A DNA stretch of 64,000 nucleotides from Fimbriiglobus sp. (GCA_022841795.1 JALHQU010000016.1:3238-67237); one strand, 5' to 3'; positions 16,732-25,839 are shown, counted from the first letter of the stretch. Numbers and translations are program-made. Notes: generated by a model from the sequence alone, not told the origin.

Positions 16732-16788
16732 GGGTGTCAGCCCGCCGGGTGTGTTTCCTACCCAGGCGGCTGACGCCGCCGGTTCACC
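16732..16788. repeat. GGTGAACCG...CGGTTCACC palindromic repeat, family copy 1
   Basis: GGTGAACCGCGGGTGTCAGCCCGCCGGGTGTGTTTCCTACCCAGGCGGCTGACGCCGCCGGTTCACC. Near-identical copies occur at 37635 and 39423. Confidence 0.8.
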
Positions 16789-16820
16789 AAAAAACATCGA
16801 CCACCACAGAGGTTCCCCCC

Positions 16821-19800
16821 ATGCCCCGCCTCCTCTTCCTTGCCACTTGTTCCTTGCTCCTTGCTCCTTCCGCGCCAGCGCAGCGGAACGCGAAGATCCC
16901 CGACCCGGACCCGGAACTGGAGCGGAAGACGTTCGTGCTGCCGGACGGGTTCGAGGTGAACCTGTGGGCGGCCGACCCGCTGCTCGCCAAGCCGATCCAG
17001 ATGAACTTCGACAGCAAGGGGCGGCTGTGGGTGGCGGCCAGCGAGGTGTACCCGCAGATCAAGCCGGGGCAGAAGGCGGACGACAAGATTCTGATCCTGG
17101 AGGACACCGACGGCGACGGCAAGGCGGACAAGACGACCGTGTTCGCCGACGGCCTGCTCATCCCCACGGCGGTGGAGCCGGACCAACTCGGCGGGTGCTT
17201 CGCCGCCGACAGCACCGAACTCGTCCACTTCAGTTCACCGGACCCGAAGACCGGCAAGGCGACGAAGAAGCGGATCGTGCTGAGCGGGTTCGGCACCGAA
17301 GACACGCACCACATCCTGCACACGTTCCGCACCGGGCCGGACTGCAACCTGTACATGAGCCAGAGCATCTACATCCACAGCCACATCGAGACCCCGCACG
17401 GGGTGCGGCGGCTGAACGCCGGCGGCATCTGGCAGTTCCGCCCGGAGACGGAGCGGCTGGAAGTGTTCGCCCGCGGGTGGGTGAACTCTTGGGGCACGGC
17501 GTGGAACAAGTGGGGCACCACGTTCGCCACCGACGGTGCCGGCGGGGAGGGGATCAACTACGTGGTGCCCGGCGCGGCGTACACCACCGCCCGCGACGTG
17601 GCCCGCATTCTGCCGGGGCTGAACCCCGGCTCGCCGAAATACTGCGGGCTGGAAGTGGCGAGCGGCCGGCACCTGCCGGACGACTGGCAGCAGAACCTGA
17701 TTACGAACGACTTCCGCGGGCACCGCGTGTGCCGGTACGTGGTGCAGGAGGACGGCAGCGGGTTCGCGGCGAAGGAGCAGAAGGAGGTCATCAAGAGTAC
17801 CCACCCGGCGTTCCGCCCGATCGACGTGAAGATGGGGCCGGACGGGGCGATCTACATCGCCGACTGGTACAACCCGATCATCCAGCACGGCGAGGTGGAC
17901 TTCCGCGACGAGCGGCGGGACAAGACGCACGGCCGCATCTGGCGGGTCACCGCGAAGGGCCGCCCGCTGGTGCCCAAGCCGAAGATCAGCGGGGCGACGG
18001 TGGACGAACTGCTGGAACTGCTAAAGGCCCCCGAAGACTGGACGCGGAGCCACGCCCGGCGGGAGTTGAAAGCACGGGGCGAGAAGGAAGTGCTGCCGAA
18101 GCTGAGGGATTGGGCCGTACAGCAGACGGACGAGCACGCGGTGCTCGAAGCACTCTGGGTGCAGGAGGCGTTGGGTGCGATCAAGAGTCGGGTATTTCTT
18201 CAATCCCTCAGAGCTAAGGATCACGGCGTTCGTGCGTCGGCGTACAGAGTGTTCGGAGAGTGGTTCGGATGGCAAACAGACCCGCTGTCAGTCGCATCTC
18301 GCATCGAAATGGCGACGGACGATCACCCCCGCGTTCGCCTGGAAGCCGTTCGGGCATTGGCCAAGCTTCCCGGCTCTGCGGAGGCCATTGCCGCCGCGCT
18401 CGACAAGCCGACCGACCGCTGGCTCGACTACGCCATCTGGCTCAGCCTTCGCGAGACGAAGGACCAGTGGCTGCCGGGCGTGAAGGCCGGCACGTTCGAC
18501 TTCGGCGGCGACCCGAAGAAGCTGGTGTTCGCCCTGCAAGCGGCCGGCGAGTCGGACGTGACGAAGCCGCTGCTCAAGATCGCCAGCAACGAAAAATTGC
18601 CCCCAAGCCAACGCCAAACTGCGTGGCTCACCCTCGCCAAAGTCGGTGGAGCTGCCGAACTGTCCGACGTGTTCCAACTCGGCAGTTTCGGTTCGACGGA
18701 GTACGAGGTCGAGGTGCTGAACGCCCTCGAACAGTCCCTCCGCAACCGGCGTGTCGGCACCATCGATATCAAGCGGTGGGGCGGGCTGTACGACTTGGGG
18801 CATCACGAATCGGCCGCGATTCGGCACCCCGTGTATCGGCTCATGGGACTCATCAAGGCCGACGACTACCGCGGCTTCTTGGAGCCGCGAATCACGAATC
18901 CGAAGTATGACCTCGCCGATCATCAAGTCGCGTGCGAAGGATTGGTGCTGATGGGCGGGAAGAAATCGATCGAGTTTTTCGACAAGCTGTCCGCCAAAGA
19001 TCAAAAGCCCGAATTCCGCCGCCTCGCTGCGATCTCCATGGCCTCGCTGGACGCATCGGCCGCCGCGAAAATCGCTGCCGAACTCCTCGGCGTCGAGAAA
19101 TCCGCCCCGGACGCCGAACCGCTGTTCGCCGCGTTCGTCGGGCGGAAGGGCGGGGCGGCGGCGCTGGCGAAGGCGCTCGCTGACACCAAGCTGTCAGCGG
19201 ACGTGGCGAAGGTGGGCGTGCGGGTGGCCCGCACGTCTGCCGCACCGGACCAAAAGCTGATCGACGCCCTCACCAGGGCCGGCGGGCTGACCGAGCCGAA
19301 GCGGACGCTGACGAAGGCCGAACTCGATCAGATGGTGGCGGACGTGAAGGCGAAGGGCGACCCGGCCCGCGGGGAGCAGGTGTACCGCCGGGCGGAGATG
19401 AACTGCCTGAAGTGCCACGGCGTGGCCGGCGCCGGCGGGCAGGTCGGCCCGGACATGACCAGCATCGGAGCGAGCGCCCAGGTGGATTACCTGATCGAGT
19501 CGATGCTCAACCCGAACGCCAAGATCAAGGAGGGGTACAACTCGTTCCTGGTGAACACCGACGACGGGCGGTCGTTCAGCGGCATCAAGGTGCGGGAGAC
19601 GCCCGCCGAGATCGTGTTCCGCGACGCCGAGGACCGGGAGATCACGGTGCGGAAGGCGGACAAGCCGGACATCAAGCCGGGCAAATCGCTCATGCCGGAG
19701 GGCCTGACCGACCCGCTGACGCATCAAGAGTTCCTCGATCTGGTGCGGTTCCTGTCCGAACTCGGCAAGGGACCGTATCTGGCGCAGCCGGGCAAGGTCG

Positions 19801-20234
19801 TCCGCCGCTGGCAGGCGGTGCTGCCGGTGCAGCCGCTGTTCACCGTGGTCACGCGGGATCGGGTCGGGGCGGTGGCGACGGCGAAGGAGTTGCAGTGGGC
19901 GGCCGCGTACAGCCGCGTCAGCGGGGAACTGCCGGCGGAGGATTTGCCGAAATGGAAGATCGGCCAGGGCGAGTTCCAGGCGGTGGCCCGGTTCGACCTG
20001 GACTGCACCACCGCGGGCAAGGCGAAGCTGGTGTTCGGCGACACCACCGGGTTGCAATTGTGGCTCGACGGCACCCCGCTCGAAGCCAGCAAGGAGGTGA
20101 CGGTGAACCTGTCCGCCGGCGTCCACACGGTCACGGTTCACGTCAAACTGGATCAGCGGAAGGACCCGCTGCGGGCGGAACTGGCCGAGGTGGACGGAAG
20201 CCCGGCCCGCGTCCGCATCGTCGGCGGGAAGTAG
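16821..20234 (+). CDS. PVC-type heme-binding CxxCH protein with membrane-bound dehydrogenase-like beta-propeller and HEAT-like repeats
   Basis: Signal peptide MPRLLFLATCSLLLAPSAPAQ. Dehydrogenase-like N-terminal domain. Cytochrome c motif MNCLKCHGVAG. Start trimmed from 16350 to 16821. Confidence 0.75.
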   Translation: MPRLLFLATCSLLLAPSAPAQRNAKIPDPDPELERKTFVLPDGFEVNLWAADPLLAKPIQMNFDSKGRLWVAASEVYPQIKPGQKADDKILILEDTDGDGKADKTTVFADGLLIPTAVEPDQLGGCFAADSTELVHFSSPDPKTGKATKKRIVLSGFGTEDTHHILHTFRTGPDCNLYMSQSIYIHSHIETPHGVRRLNAGGIWQFRPETERLEVFARGWVNSWGTAWNKWGTTFATDGAGGEGINYVVPGAAYTTARDVARILPGLNPGSPKYCGLEVASGRHLPDDWQQNLITNDFRGHRVCRYVVQEDGSGFAAKEQKEVIKSTHPAFRPIDVKMGPDGAIYIADWYNPIIQHGEVDFRDERRDKTHGRIWRVTAKGRPLVPKPKISGATVDELLELLKAPEDWTRSHARRELKARGEKEVLPKLRDWAVQQTDEHAVLEALWVQEALGAIKSRVFLQSLRAKDHGVRASAYRVFGEWFGWQTDPLSVASRIEMATDDHPRVRLEAVRALAKLPGSAEAIAAALDKPTDRWLDYAIWLSLRETKDQWLPGVKAGTFDFGGDPKKLVFALQAAGESDVTKPLLKIASNEKLPPSQRQTAWLTLAKVGGAAELSDVFQLGSFGSTEYEVEVLNALEQSLRNRRVGTIDIKRWGGLYDLGHHESAAIRHPVYRLMGLIKADDYRGFLEPRITNPKYDLADHQVACEGLVLMGGKKSIEFFDKLSAKDQKPEFRRLAAISMASLDASAAAKIAAELLGVEKSAPDAEPLFAAFVGRKGGAAALAKALADTKLSADVAKVGVRVARTSAAPDQKLIDALTRAGGLTEPKRTLTKAELDQMVADVKAKGDPARGEQVYRRAEMNCLKCHGVAGAGGQVGPDMTSIGASAQVDYLIESMLNPNAKIKEGYNSFLVNTDDGRSFSGIKVRETPAEIVFRDAEDREITVRKADKPDIKPGKSLMPEGLTDPLTHQEFLDLVRFLSELGKGPYLAQPGKVVRRWQAVLPVQPLFTVVTRDRVGAVATAKELQWAAAYSRVSGELPAEDLPKWKIGQGEFQAVARFDLDCTTAGKAKLVFGDTTGLQLWLDGTPLEASKEVTVNLSAGVHTVTVHVKLDQRKDPLRAELAEVDGSPARVRIVGGK

Positions 20235-20236
20235 CC

Positions 20237-21184
20237 ATGCGGATCGTGAAGTGCCAGATCATGCAGCCCGCTCGCCTCTGGCTCTCGGACAGCGGCCGCA
20301 AGCTGGCCGTGGCGGAAGCGTGGCGGGGCGTGGACGTGTACGACCTGCACACCGGCTGTGTCGGGGTGGGGCTGGGGGGCGGGTTCATCGGCCGGCTGAT
20401 CGACGGGTTCGACGCCGACGACCGCCTGCGGGTGATCCCGGGCAAGGCGTTCCCGCTCAACCTCGGTCGGATGGTCCACACGGAGGTGACGAAACTCCCC
20501 CTCATTCCTCCCGCCTGGGCCGACGAGGTGGCCGCGACCGTGGCGGGTCCGATCGCCCTGTCGGCGGACGGCCGCCGGTGCGTGGCGGCGATCGGGTTCA
20601 CCCTGCGGCTGTTCGTCAAAGGGGCGAGCGGGGAGTGGGCCGAGAAGTGGAAGCGGGACACCGAGGCCCACCTGTCCGGTCGCATCCGCTTCCTGCCGGG
20701 CGACACCCGCTGCTCGTTCGTGGAAACGGTGTTCGCGGGCAAGCACAACCCGTTCACCCGGTACAGTCTGGTCGTGTGGGACATGCGGGCCGGGCGGGAG
20801 GCCGGCCGGAGTACACCGACCCGCCGGCCGTTCACGCACGTCGTGCCGGTCGGCCGCCAACTCGTGGTCGGAACGAACGCCACGGCCGGCAAGGTGCTGT
20901 CGAGTGAGCTGGTCGTGTTCGAGGCGGATCACCTGGACCGCGAACCGCGGACGGTGGCGTCCGGCAAGGATCCGATCGCGGCGGTGTGTGCCGACCCGCT
21001 CGGCCGGTTCGTACTCACCGCGGCCGGCAAACTGGTGACGCAGTGGGACCCGGCCACTTGGCTGCCGGCCCGCACGTTCAACTGGAAGATCGGCACCATC
21101 ACCTGCCTGACGGTGAACCCGAACGGCACCATCGCCGCCGCCGGCGGCTACCAGGGCAAGGTGGCCGTGTGGGACGTGGAGTGA
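20237..21184 (+). CDS. WD40-like beta-propeller protein (tandem paralog 1)
   Basis: Start is 3 bp after the stop of the heme protein. C-terminal blade FNWKIGTITCLTVNPNGTIAAAGGYQGKVAVWDVE. Confidence 0.6.
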   Translation: MRIVKCQIMQPARLWLSDSGRKLAVAEAWRGVDVYDLHTGCVGVGLGGGFIGRLIDGFDADDRLRVIPGKAFPLNLGRMVHTEVTKLPLIPPAWADEVAATVAGPIALSADGRRCVAAIGFTLRLFVKGASGEWAEKWKRDTEAHLSGRIRFLPGDTRCSFVETVFAGKHNPFTRYSLVVWDMRAGREAGRSTPTRRPFTHVVPVGRQLVVGTNATAGKVLSSELVVFEADHLDREPRTVASGKDPIAAVCADPLGRFVLTAAGKLVTQWDPATWLPARTFNWKIGTITCLTVNPNGTIAAAGGYQGKVAVWDVE

Positions 21185-21187
21185 CCG

Positions 21188-22114
21188 ATGCGGATCGTGG
21201 CGTGCAGTTACAAGTCGGTGCGGGAGGTCGGGTTCACCCCGGACGCCCGCACCCTGGTCGCGCTCGGGCACCTGTCCACGCCCGGCCGGTGCGAGTGGCA
21301 CGACCTGGCCGGCGACCGCCCGCCGCGGGTCCACACGCTGAGCAGCATCTCGTGGAACGGGTTCGCCGTCAGCCCGCACGACGGCACCGTCCTCATCGGC
21401 GACGCGACCGAACTGCTCGAATTCCCGCCGGCCGGCGGCGAGGTGATCCGGCACGCCTACCCCGACAACCGGCTGTGGAAGGTGGCTGTCTCGCCGGACG
21501 GCCGGCGGCTGGCGTGCGCCGCCGACGGCATCTCGTTCGGCCGCAACCGCGTGCCCATCCGGCTGAGCGGGCACACCCGCACGGGCAAGGGGTGGAAACA
21601 GGCGTGGAAGTTCGACGGCACCGGCACCCGGTTCGGCCAGCCAGTGTTCCTGCCGGACGGCAAGCGGATCGCGGTGTTGCAGTCCGGCGGCAAGAAGGTG
21701 AAAGGCCGGTTCGAGCCGCGGGCCACGCTGTCCGTCCTGAGCACGCAGGGGAAGCTGCTTCACGAGCGGTCGTACGCCGGCGCGTTCCTCGACCTGGCCG
21801 TGTGCGGGGAACACCTCGTCCTCGGCGACAGCCACCTGCTCCGCGTACTTCCGCTCGCCGACCTGGACGCCGAGCCGGTCCTCGTCAGCCTGGGCAACAA
21901 GCACCTGTACGCCCTGTGCGGCGACCCGCTCGGCCGGTTCCTGCTGGCCGGGTGCGGGAAGCAGGTGCTGGAGTTCGACCCGGCGTCGTGGAAGCCGGCC
22001 CGCCAGTTCGACTGGAAAATTGGTACGGTGGCGTGCCTGGCCGTGTCTGCCGACGGCACCGTCGCCGCCGCCGGCGGGGACAAGGGCAAGGTGGCCGTGT
22101 GGGACGTGGGGTGA
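21188..22114 (+). CDS. WD40-like beta-propeller protein (tandem paralog 2)
   Basis: 4 bp after the previous stop. C-terminus FDWKIGTVACLAVSADGTVAAAGGDKGKVAVWDVG is nearly identical to paralog 1. Confidence 0.6.
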   Translation: MRIVACSYKSVREVGFTPDARTLVALGHLSTPGRCEWHDLAGDRPPRVHTLSSISWNGFAVSPHDGTVLIGDATELLEFPPAGGEVIRHAYPDNRLWKVAVSPDGRRLACAADGISFGRNRVPIRLSGHTRTGKGWKQAWKFDGTGTRFGQPVFLPDGKRIAVLQSGGKKVKGRFEPRATLSVLSTQGKLLHERSYAGAFLDLAVCGEHLVLGDSHLLRVLPLADLDAEPVLVSLGNKHLYALCGDPLGRFLLAGCGKQVLEFDPASWKPARQFDWKIGTVACLAVSADGTVAAAGGDKGKVAVWDVG

Positions 22115-22149
22115 ACAGGGATGCTCTGCCGGTAGCGGGCGGTGTGGTG

Positions 22150-22363
22150 GGAGGCCCGAAGGGCCGTCCTCCCTCAGCCCAAGTCGGAGCGAGCGGAGCG
22201 AGCGCAGGCCTGGGAACCACGGTGAAGGTGAACAAGCCCCGAAGGGGCGGGCTACCTGAGGGCGCCCCTTCGGGGCTTGGGGGGTGTTGATCGTTCGCAC
22301 CCAGGGCGACGTTCGCCTGCGGCTCACTTGCCCTGGGCTGAGGGAGTCCGGCCCTTCGGGCCT
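22150..22363. repeat. about 215-bp nested palindromic element, copy A (candidate MITE or structured RNA)
   Basis: Outer arms AGGCCCGAAGGGCC...GGCCCTTCGGGCCT. Inner pair CAAGCCCCGAAGGGGCG / CGCCCCTTCGGGGCTTG. Second copy at 48567..48782. Confidence 0.8.
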
Positions 22364-22376
22364 ACAGACAGAGCTA

Positions 22377-22832
22377 TCACCCGCCGTGCCGCCGCTTCAC
22401 CAGGTTCACCAGCCGGTCGAGTTCGGCCAGCAACCGCGAGCGGTCTTTCGGCGTCATCCCGCTCGGCCCGCCGCTCGCCACCCCAGCTTCCCGCAGGTCG
22501 GTCATCAGGTCGCGGACGGCCACCGCCTCGCCCACCGTGTTCTCGTCCAGCACCCGGCCCTTCGGGTCGATCGCGATGCCGCCGGCGGCCACCACGCGGG
22601 CGGCCAGCGGGATGTCGGCGGTGACGCACAGGTCGCCGGGTTTACACTGCTCCGCAATCCAGTCGTCGGCCGCCCCGAACCCGGCCACCGTCATCAGCGA
22701 GACGAGCGGGTGGTCTTGGATCGCCATCGGGGTGTTCGCCACCACCACCACGGGCACGGCATACCGCCCCGCCACCCGGTACGTCTCGGGCTTCACCGGG
22801 CAGGCGTCGGCGTCGATGTAGATGGTCGGCAT
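22377..22832 (-). CDS. yaiI: YaiI/DUF188 (UPF0178) family protein
   Basis: MPTIYIDADACPVK N-terminus and overall similarity to E. coli YaiI (ADxPLAA, RDLMTDLREAG). Confidence 0.8.
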   Translation of the reverse strand: MPTIYIDADACPVKPETYRVAGRYAVPVVVVANTPMAIQDHPLVSLMTVAGFGAADDWIAEQCKPGDLCVTADIPLAARVVAAGGIAIDPKGRVLDENTVGEAVAVRDLMTDLREAGVASGGPSGMTPKDRSRLLAELDRLVNLVKRRHGG

Positions 22833-23539
22833 GGGGGCATTTTACTCCGCCGCTCCCGCCGCCACTCGAAGAACCACTGCGCCGCCAGCCCGAGGCCCAG
22901 CACCGCCGCCGCCCACTGGTAGAACGTCAGCCCCCACGCGGCGACCGGCTCCGGGCGGATGAACTCGGTGGCGAAACGGTACACCGCGTAGGCGATCAGG
23001 TACAGTTGCAGGCGGTGGTCGGGGATGAGCCGGCGGGCCGTCACCGAGCCGACGACGATCGCCATGCCCAGGTGGAACAGGCTCTCGTAGATCTGCGTCG
23101 GGTGGCGGCGGACGCCGTCGCCGAAGTCCACGCCCCACGGCAGGGCGGTTTCGGTGCCGGCGCAGCAGCCGTTGAAGAAGCACCCCCACCGGCCGACGGC
23201 AACGGCCGCGGCCAGCGGCAGGGCGAACGAGTCGCCCGTCTTCACCCACACGCCGAGCAGCAGCTTCACCCCCTCGACGGCCAGGTACGCGCCGATCAGC
23301 CCGGTGGTGATCGTCTTGCCGTCGGCCAGCCAGTTGACGGACCCCGCCTCTACGCCGACCAGGAACGGCAGGCGGGCGCCGAACACCCCGCCGACGAACC
23401 CGGCGGCGGCCAGGCAGAAGCGGTGGGCGAGCGGCAGGGAGGCGACGGCCGGCACCGGCGGCAGTAGCCGGCGGACGACGACGAACACCACCGCCGCCAG
23501 CAGCATGAACCCGGCGTACAGGAGGCGGGGTGAGGGCAT
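22793..23539 (-). CDS. lgt: prolipoprotein diacylglyceryl transferase
   Basis: Multi-TM protein with Lgt signature blocks GRWGCFFNG and HPTQIYESL. The 3' end overlaps the yaiI start by about 40 bp. Confidence 0.75.
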   Translation of the reverse strand: MPSPRLLYAGFMLLAAVVFVVVRRLLPPVPAVASLPLAHRFCLAAAGFVGGVFGARLPFLVGVEAGSVNWLADGKTITTGLIGAYLAVEGVKLLLGVWVKTGDSFALPLAAAVAVGRWGCFFNGCCAGTETALPWGVDFGDGVRRHPTQIYESLFHLGMAIVVGSVTARRLIPDHRLQLYLIAYAVYRFATEFIRPEPVAAWGLTFYQWAAAVLGLGLAAQWFFEWRRERRSKMPPCRPSTSTPTPAR

Positions 23540-23583
23540 GAAGAGGATTCACCGCGGAGGCCGCAGAGGAAGACAAGAAAACT

Positions 23584-23674
23584 AACCACAGAGGCACAGG
23601 GACACAGAGAAGACGAGAAGAATTGCTCGGAAACTATCTTCCTGTCTTCTCTGTGTCCCTGTGCCTCTGTGGTT
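23584..23674. repeat. AACCACAGAGGCACAG... hairpin repeat (31-bp arms), copy 1
   Basis: AACCACAGAGGCACAGGGACACAGAGAAGAC-29 nt-GTCTTCTCTGTGTCCCTGTGCCTCTGTGGTT. Related copy at 44279..44356. Confidence 0.8.
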
Positions 23675-23726
23675 CAAACTCTGTTTTTCTCCGCGCCCTC
23701 TGCGGCCTCCGCGGTGAAATCTGCTT

Positions 23727-25166
23727 TCAGGTCACCACCAGCGGCTTCCGCCCCGCCGGCGCCGGGCGGTCGGCCAGCGGCGGGAGCGGGACGTGGCCGT
23801 CGCGGTACAGCGTGTTGTACGTGCAGAACGGCACCACATGCCCGCTCGGCAGCACGTGGGCGAGGCAGCACTTCATCGCCTGCCGGGTGTCGAACGTGTG
23901 TGCATCGAGGAAGCTGGTGAGGGTGACGCGGAACACCTGCTCGCCGGTCAGTTGCTCGGCCAGGGCTTTCGTCAGGAACTCGGGCGTGTCGGATGAGCGG
24001 GGGACAACATCCCCCGAACCCCCTCCACACCCGCCGGGGCCGCACCCGCAGTCGCTGAGCACCGCGTTCACGATCTGCTTCGCCCGCGCCGGGGTGTACA
24101 CGATGCTGTTGGCGATCAGGTCCATGTGCGGCCGCACGTCGATCAGCCGGTTGATCGGCAGCGGGGTTTCCCCGCCGCGGTACAGGTACGCCAGCATGTG
24201 GCAGTTCGGGTGCGCACACGGCAGCGGGATGAAGTCCTCGACCGCCAGCATCCCGCCGGTCTGGGCCACCAGCCCCTTCACCAGGTCGGGCATGGTCGCC
24301 CGGCGTTCGAGATCCTCCGGCTGAACGTGCCGCCCGCAGAAGGTGGCGAGTTGGTAGCTCACCCCGCGGACGCCCGGCTTGCCCAGCCCGAACCGCAACA
24401 CCGCCCCGACTTCGTGCAGGTTCACGTCCGAGACGGTACACACGAGCGTGGCCCGCAGGCCGAACTCGGCCAGCACGTCGAGCGCCGCCAGCTTCACGTC
24501 CAGCAACTCCTCGCCGCGGAGCGCCGTGTGCGTGGCCGGGTCGAACCCGTCGAACTGGAGGTAGATTTCCAGCCGATCCCGCATCGGGGCGAGCGCCTCC
24601 GCCAGCTTGCGGTCCTTCGCCAGCCGGATGCCGTTGGTGTTGATCATCACCGCCTGAACCGGCTGGTCGTAGGCGTACCGCACCATCCGCGGCAGGTCCG
24701 GGTGCAGGGTCGGCTCCCCGCCGGACAACTGGATCACGTCCGCCACCCCCTCCACCTCGATCAGCCGATCGACCATGCCCGTGAACGTGTCGAAACTGAC
24801 GTGTGTGCCGCCCGGCCCGCTCTCGGCGAAGCACATCGGGCACTTCAGGTTGCACCCGCTGGTGATCTCCACCAGGGCGATGCAGGTGTGCTGCTCGTGT
24901 TCGGCACACAGGCCGCAGTCGAGAGGGCAGCCCTGGTCCGGCTCGACGCCGTACTTCCGCGGCGAGCGGGCCGGCTGGGCGTACTCGTGCCGGTCCCAGT
25001 ACGCCACGTCCGAACAGACGAAGTCGTCGAACCGGCCGTGTTCGGGGCAGTGCTTGCGGAAGTACACCCGCCCGTCGCGGACGACGATCTTGGCGTCCAG
25101 CACCCGCCGGCAGTGCGGGCACAGGCTGCGGGTGGTGCCCAGGAACGTGTAGTCGCGGGTGGTCAT
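23727..25166 (-). CDS. radical SAM protein with N-terminal zinc-ribbon and C-terminal Cys-rich region (subfamily undetermined)
   Basis: CNLKCPMC (CxxxCxxC) plus SGGEPTLH SAM-binding motif. N-terminal CPHC...CPEH. C-terminal CGCGPGGCGGG and CCLAH...PFC clusters. Start overlaps upstream stop by ATGA. Confidence 0.75.
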   Translation of the reverse strand: MTTRDYTFLGTTRSLCPHCRRVLDAKIVVRDGRVYFRKHCPEHGRFDDFVCSDVAYWDRHEYAQPARSPRKYGVEPDQGCPLDCGLCAEHEQHTCIALVEITSGCNLKCPMCFAESGPGGTHVSFDTFTGMVDRLIEVEGVADVIQLSGGEPTLHPDLPRMVRYAYDQPVQAVMINTNGIRLAKDRKLAEALAPMRDRLEIYLQFDGFDPATHTALRGEELLDVKLAALDVLAEFGLRATLVCTVSDVNLHEVGAVLRFGLGKPGVRGVSYQLATFCGRHVQPEDLERRATMPDLVKGLVAQTGGMLAVEDFIPLPCAHPNCHMLAYLYRGGETPLPINRLIDVRPHMDLIANSIVYTPARAKQIVNAVLSDCGCGPGGCGGGSGDVVPRSSDTPEFLTKALAEQLTGEQVFRVTLTSFLDAHTFDTRQAMKCCLAHVLPSGHVVPFCTYNTLYRDGHVPLPPLADRPAPAGRKPLVVT

Positions 25167-25462
25167 AGCCGGATGAGTTTACAGGTGATTGCGAAGTAGC
25201 CAATGCCCGCACAGGGCACCAGCATCAGTAACACGATTGTGACGATCACCACGTTCCACGCCTGATCGGAGGTCGGCAGCCACCTGGCCCGTCTGGGTTT
25301 GTAGTCCTCGTCGAAGTAACCCTGACGCTTGGAGCGGGCGTGGCGGGCGACCGGCAGCTTGACGGGCGGCTCAGTCTGGGGTGGCGGACGAGGTTCCGCA
25401 GCGGACGGAGGGTCGGACGGCTTCTTTTCCGGTGGCGGCGGTGGAGGTTCGGGCGGGGTCAT
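25163..25462 (-). CDS. proline-rich tail-anchored small membrane protein (paralog 3 of 3)
   Basis: Start trimmed to MTPPEPPPPPPEKKP. Conserved EPPVKLPVA, YFDEDYKPRRAR and C-terminal TM LLMLVPCAGIGYFAITCKLIRL. Confidence 0.55.
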   Translation of the reverse strand: MTPPEPPPPPPEKKPSDPPSAAEPRPPPQTEPPVKLPVARHARSKRQGYFDEDYKPRRARWLPTSDQAWNVVIVTIVLLMLVPCAGIGYFAITCKLIRL

Positions 25463-25482
25463 GTGATCGTGGCACCGGCGGG

Positions 25483-25839
25483 TCACAGCCCGACGAGACA
25501 GGCGATGAAGAGGAAGGCGAACCCGGCGCACGGGAGGAGCAACACCAGCGCGATCACGAGAAGCACTACGTTCCACGGCGATCTCGTCCCCTGCTCCGGC
25601 GAGCGCTGGCGGGCCGTCCGCGGGCGGTAGTCGTCGTCGAACCTGTAGTCCGTGGGCGGCTCTCTCCACGGTTCGTCCGGCACCCGGTGGGCGACCGGCA
25701 GTTTGACGGGCGGTTCTGGGGGAAGGGGCGGTGGTAGCGGCGGCGGGAGCGGCGGTGGAGCGGAGGCCGCTTTCGCCTCCGGCGGATGGGGCGGCAGTGG
25801 CGGTGTGGGTTCGGGCGGGGGTGGGTCGGTCGGGGTCAT
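25483..25839 (-). CDS. proline-rich tail-anchored small membrane protein (paralog 2 of 3)
   Basis: MTPTDPPPPEPTPP... EPPVKLPVA, RFDDDYRPRTAR, C-terminal TM LLLPCAGFAFLFIACLVGL. Confidence 0.55.
   Translation of the reverse strand: MTPTDPPPPEPTPPLPPHPPEAKAASAPPPLPPPLPPPLPPEPPVKLPVAHRVPDEPWREPPTDYRFDDDYRPRTARQRSPEQGTRSPWNVVLLVIALVLLLPCAGFAFLFIACLVGL

Noticed and set aside
20153-22327. 724-aa minus-strand ORF spanning the WD-like paralog pair
   Set aside because: Arg/Gly/Pro-rich translation. The plus-strand paralogs have coherent repeats and tight operon spacing.
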